NCBI GenBank assembly: GCA_032718475.1
Contig: JAUCBJ010008890.1
Coordinates: forward strand, 62,001-126,000
Length of the DNA: 64,000 nucleotides
Reading direction: 5' to 3'
DNA from: Nemertoderma westbladi
Lineage: Eukaryota > Animalia > Xenacoelomorpha
How positions within the stretch are numbered: position 1 is the stretch's first letter; each line of letters opens with the position of its first letter. The notes under the pieces are model-generated. The model was not told the origin of the DNA, made no database searches, and worked only from the letters and a program-made list of their open reading frames with translations. The translations under genes and the position numbers were made by a program. Of this stretch, positions 63,698 through 64,000 are shown one piece after another.

Positions 63698-64000
63698 AAC
63701 ACTCTATGTAAGGTCGGGTTTACAGAAGCTTTAGGTACACCAACTGCTTTTGAACATAATTGATCACAGGGCACAACCCTCATATCGACACTTTGGTAGA
63801 ATGTTTCACCAACCATATCTATTCAACAGCCAATGTAAAGAAATACAAAATTCCTGTACCTACAAGACAACTGAATCGCCATCCCTCTGTGGTACGACAG
63901 TGAGACGAGCTGGCTACCCCAGGCTACAAAACATATTTATGGCATCAGATTGGTTGGAAAGGGGATTTGAGTTGACAGACGGGCCAGACAGCTCTGACAC

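Overview
Repeat-dense eukaryotic (probably invertebrate animal) DNA; nothing prokaryotic or CRISPR-like. It is dominated by two related giant BEL/Pao LTR retrotransposons: element 1 (13448-32203, 18.8 kb, 5-bp TSD, nearly intact) and element 2 (36577-52473, no TSD). This family has three unusual features. (i) There is no tRNA-type PBS; the 11 nt abutting the 5' LTR are the exact reverse complement of an 11-mer inside the LTR, resembling Tf1-style self-priming. (ii) A ~1417-codon third ORF in the env position encodes a WRN/EXD-like DEDDy 3'-5' exonuclease plus zinc knuckles. (iii) A covarying RNA stem-loop precedes that ORF. Host-like genes are an intronless ankyrin-SOCS-box ORF (5604-7019, minus) and a spliced secreted-peptide gene missed by the ORF track (exons 59276-59424 and 56092-56138, minus), with a kappaB-like site, a TATA box and a 60-bp intronic minisatellite that repeats its splice-donor sequence. 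Also present: RTE, CR1, Penelope and P/THAP9 fragments, a 4.3-kb TIR element with a 5-bp TSD, a 2.15-kb Polinton-like non-autonomous element, a tRNA-derived SINE and several satellites. All assignments are by-eye motif recognition; no database search was run.
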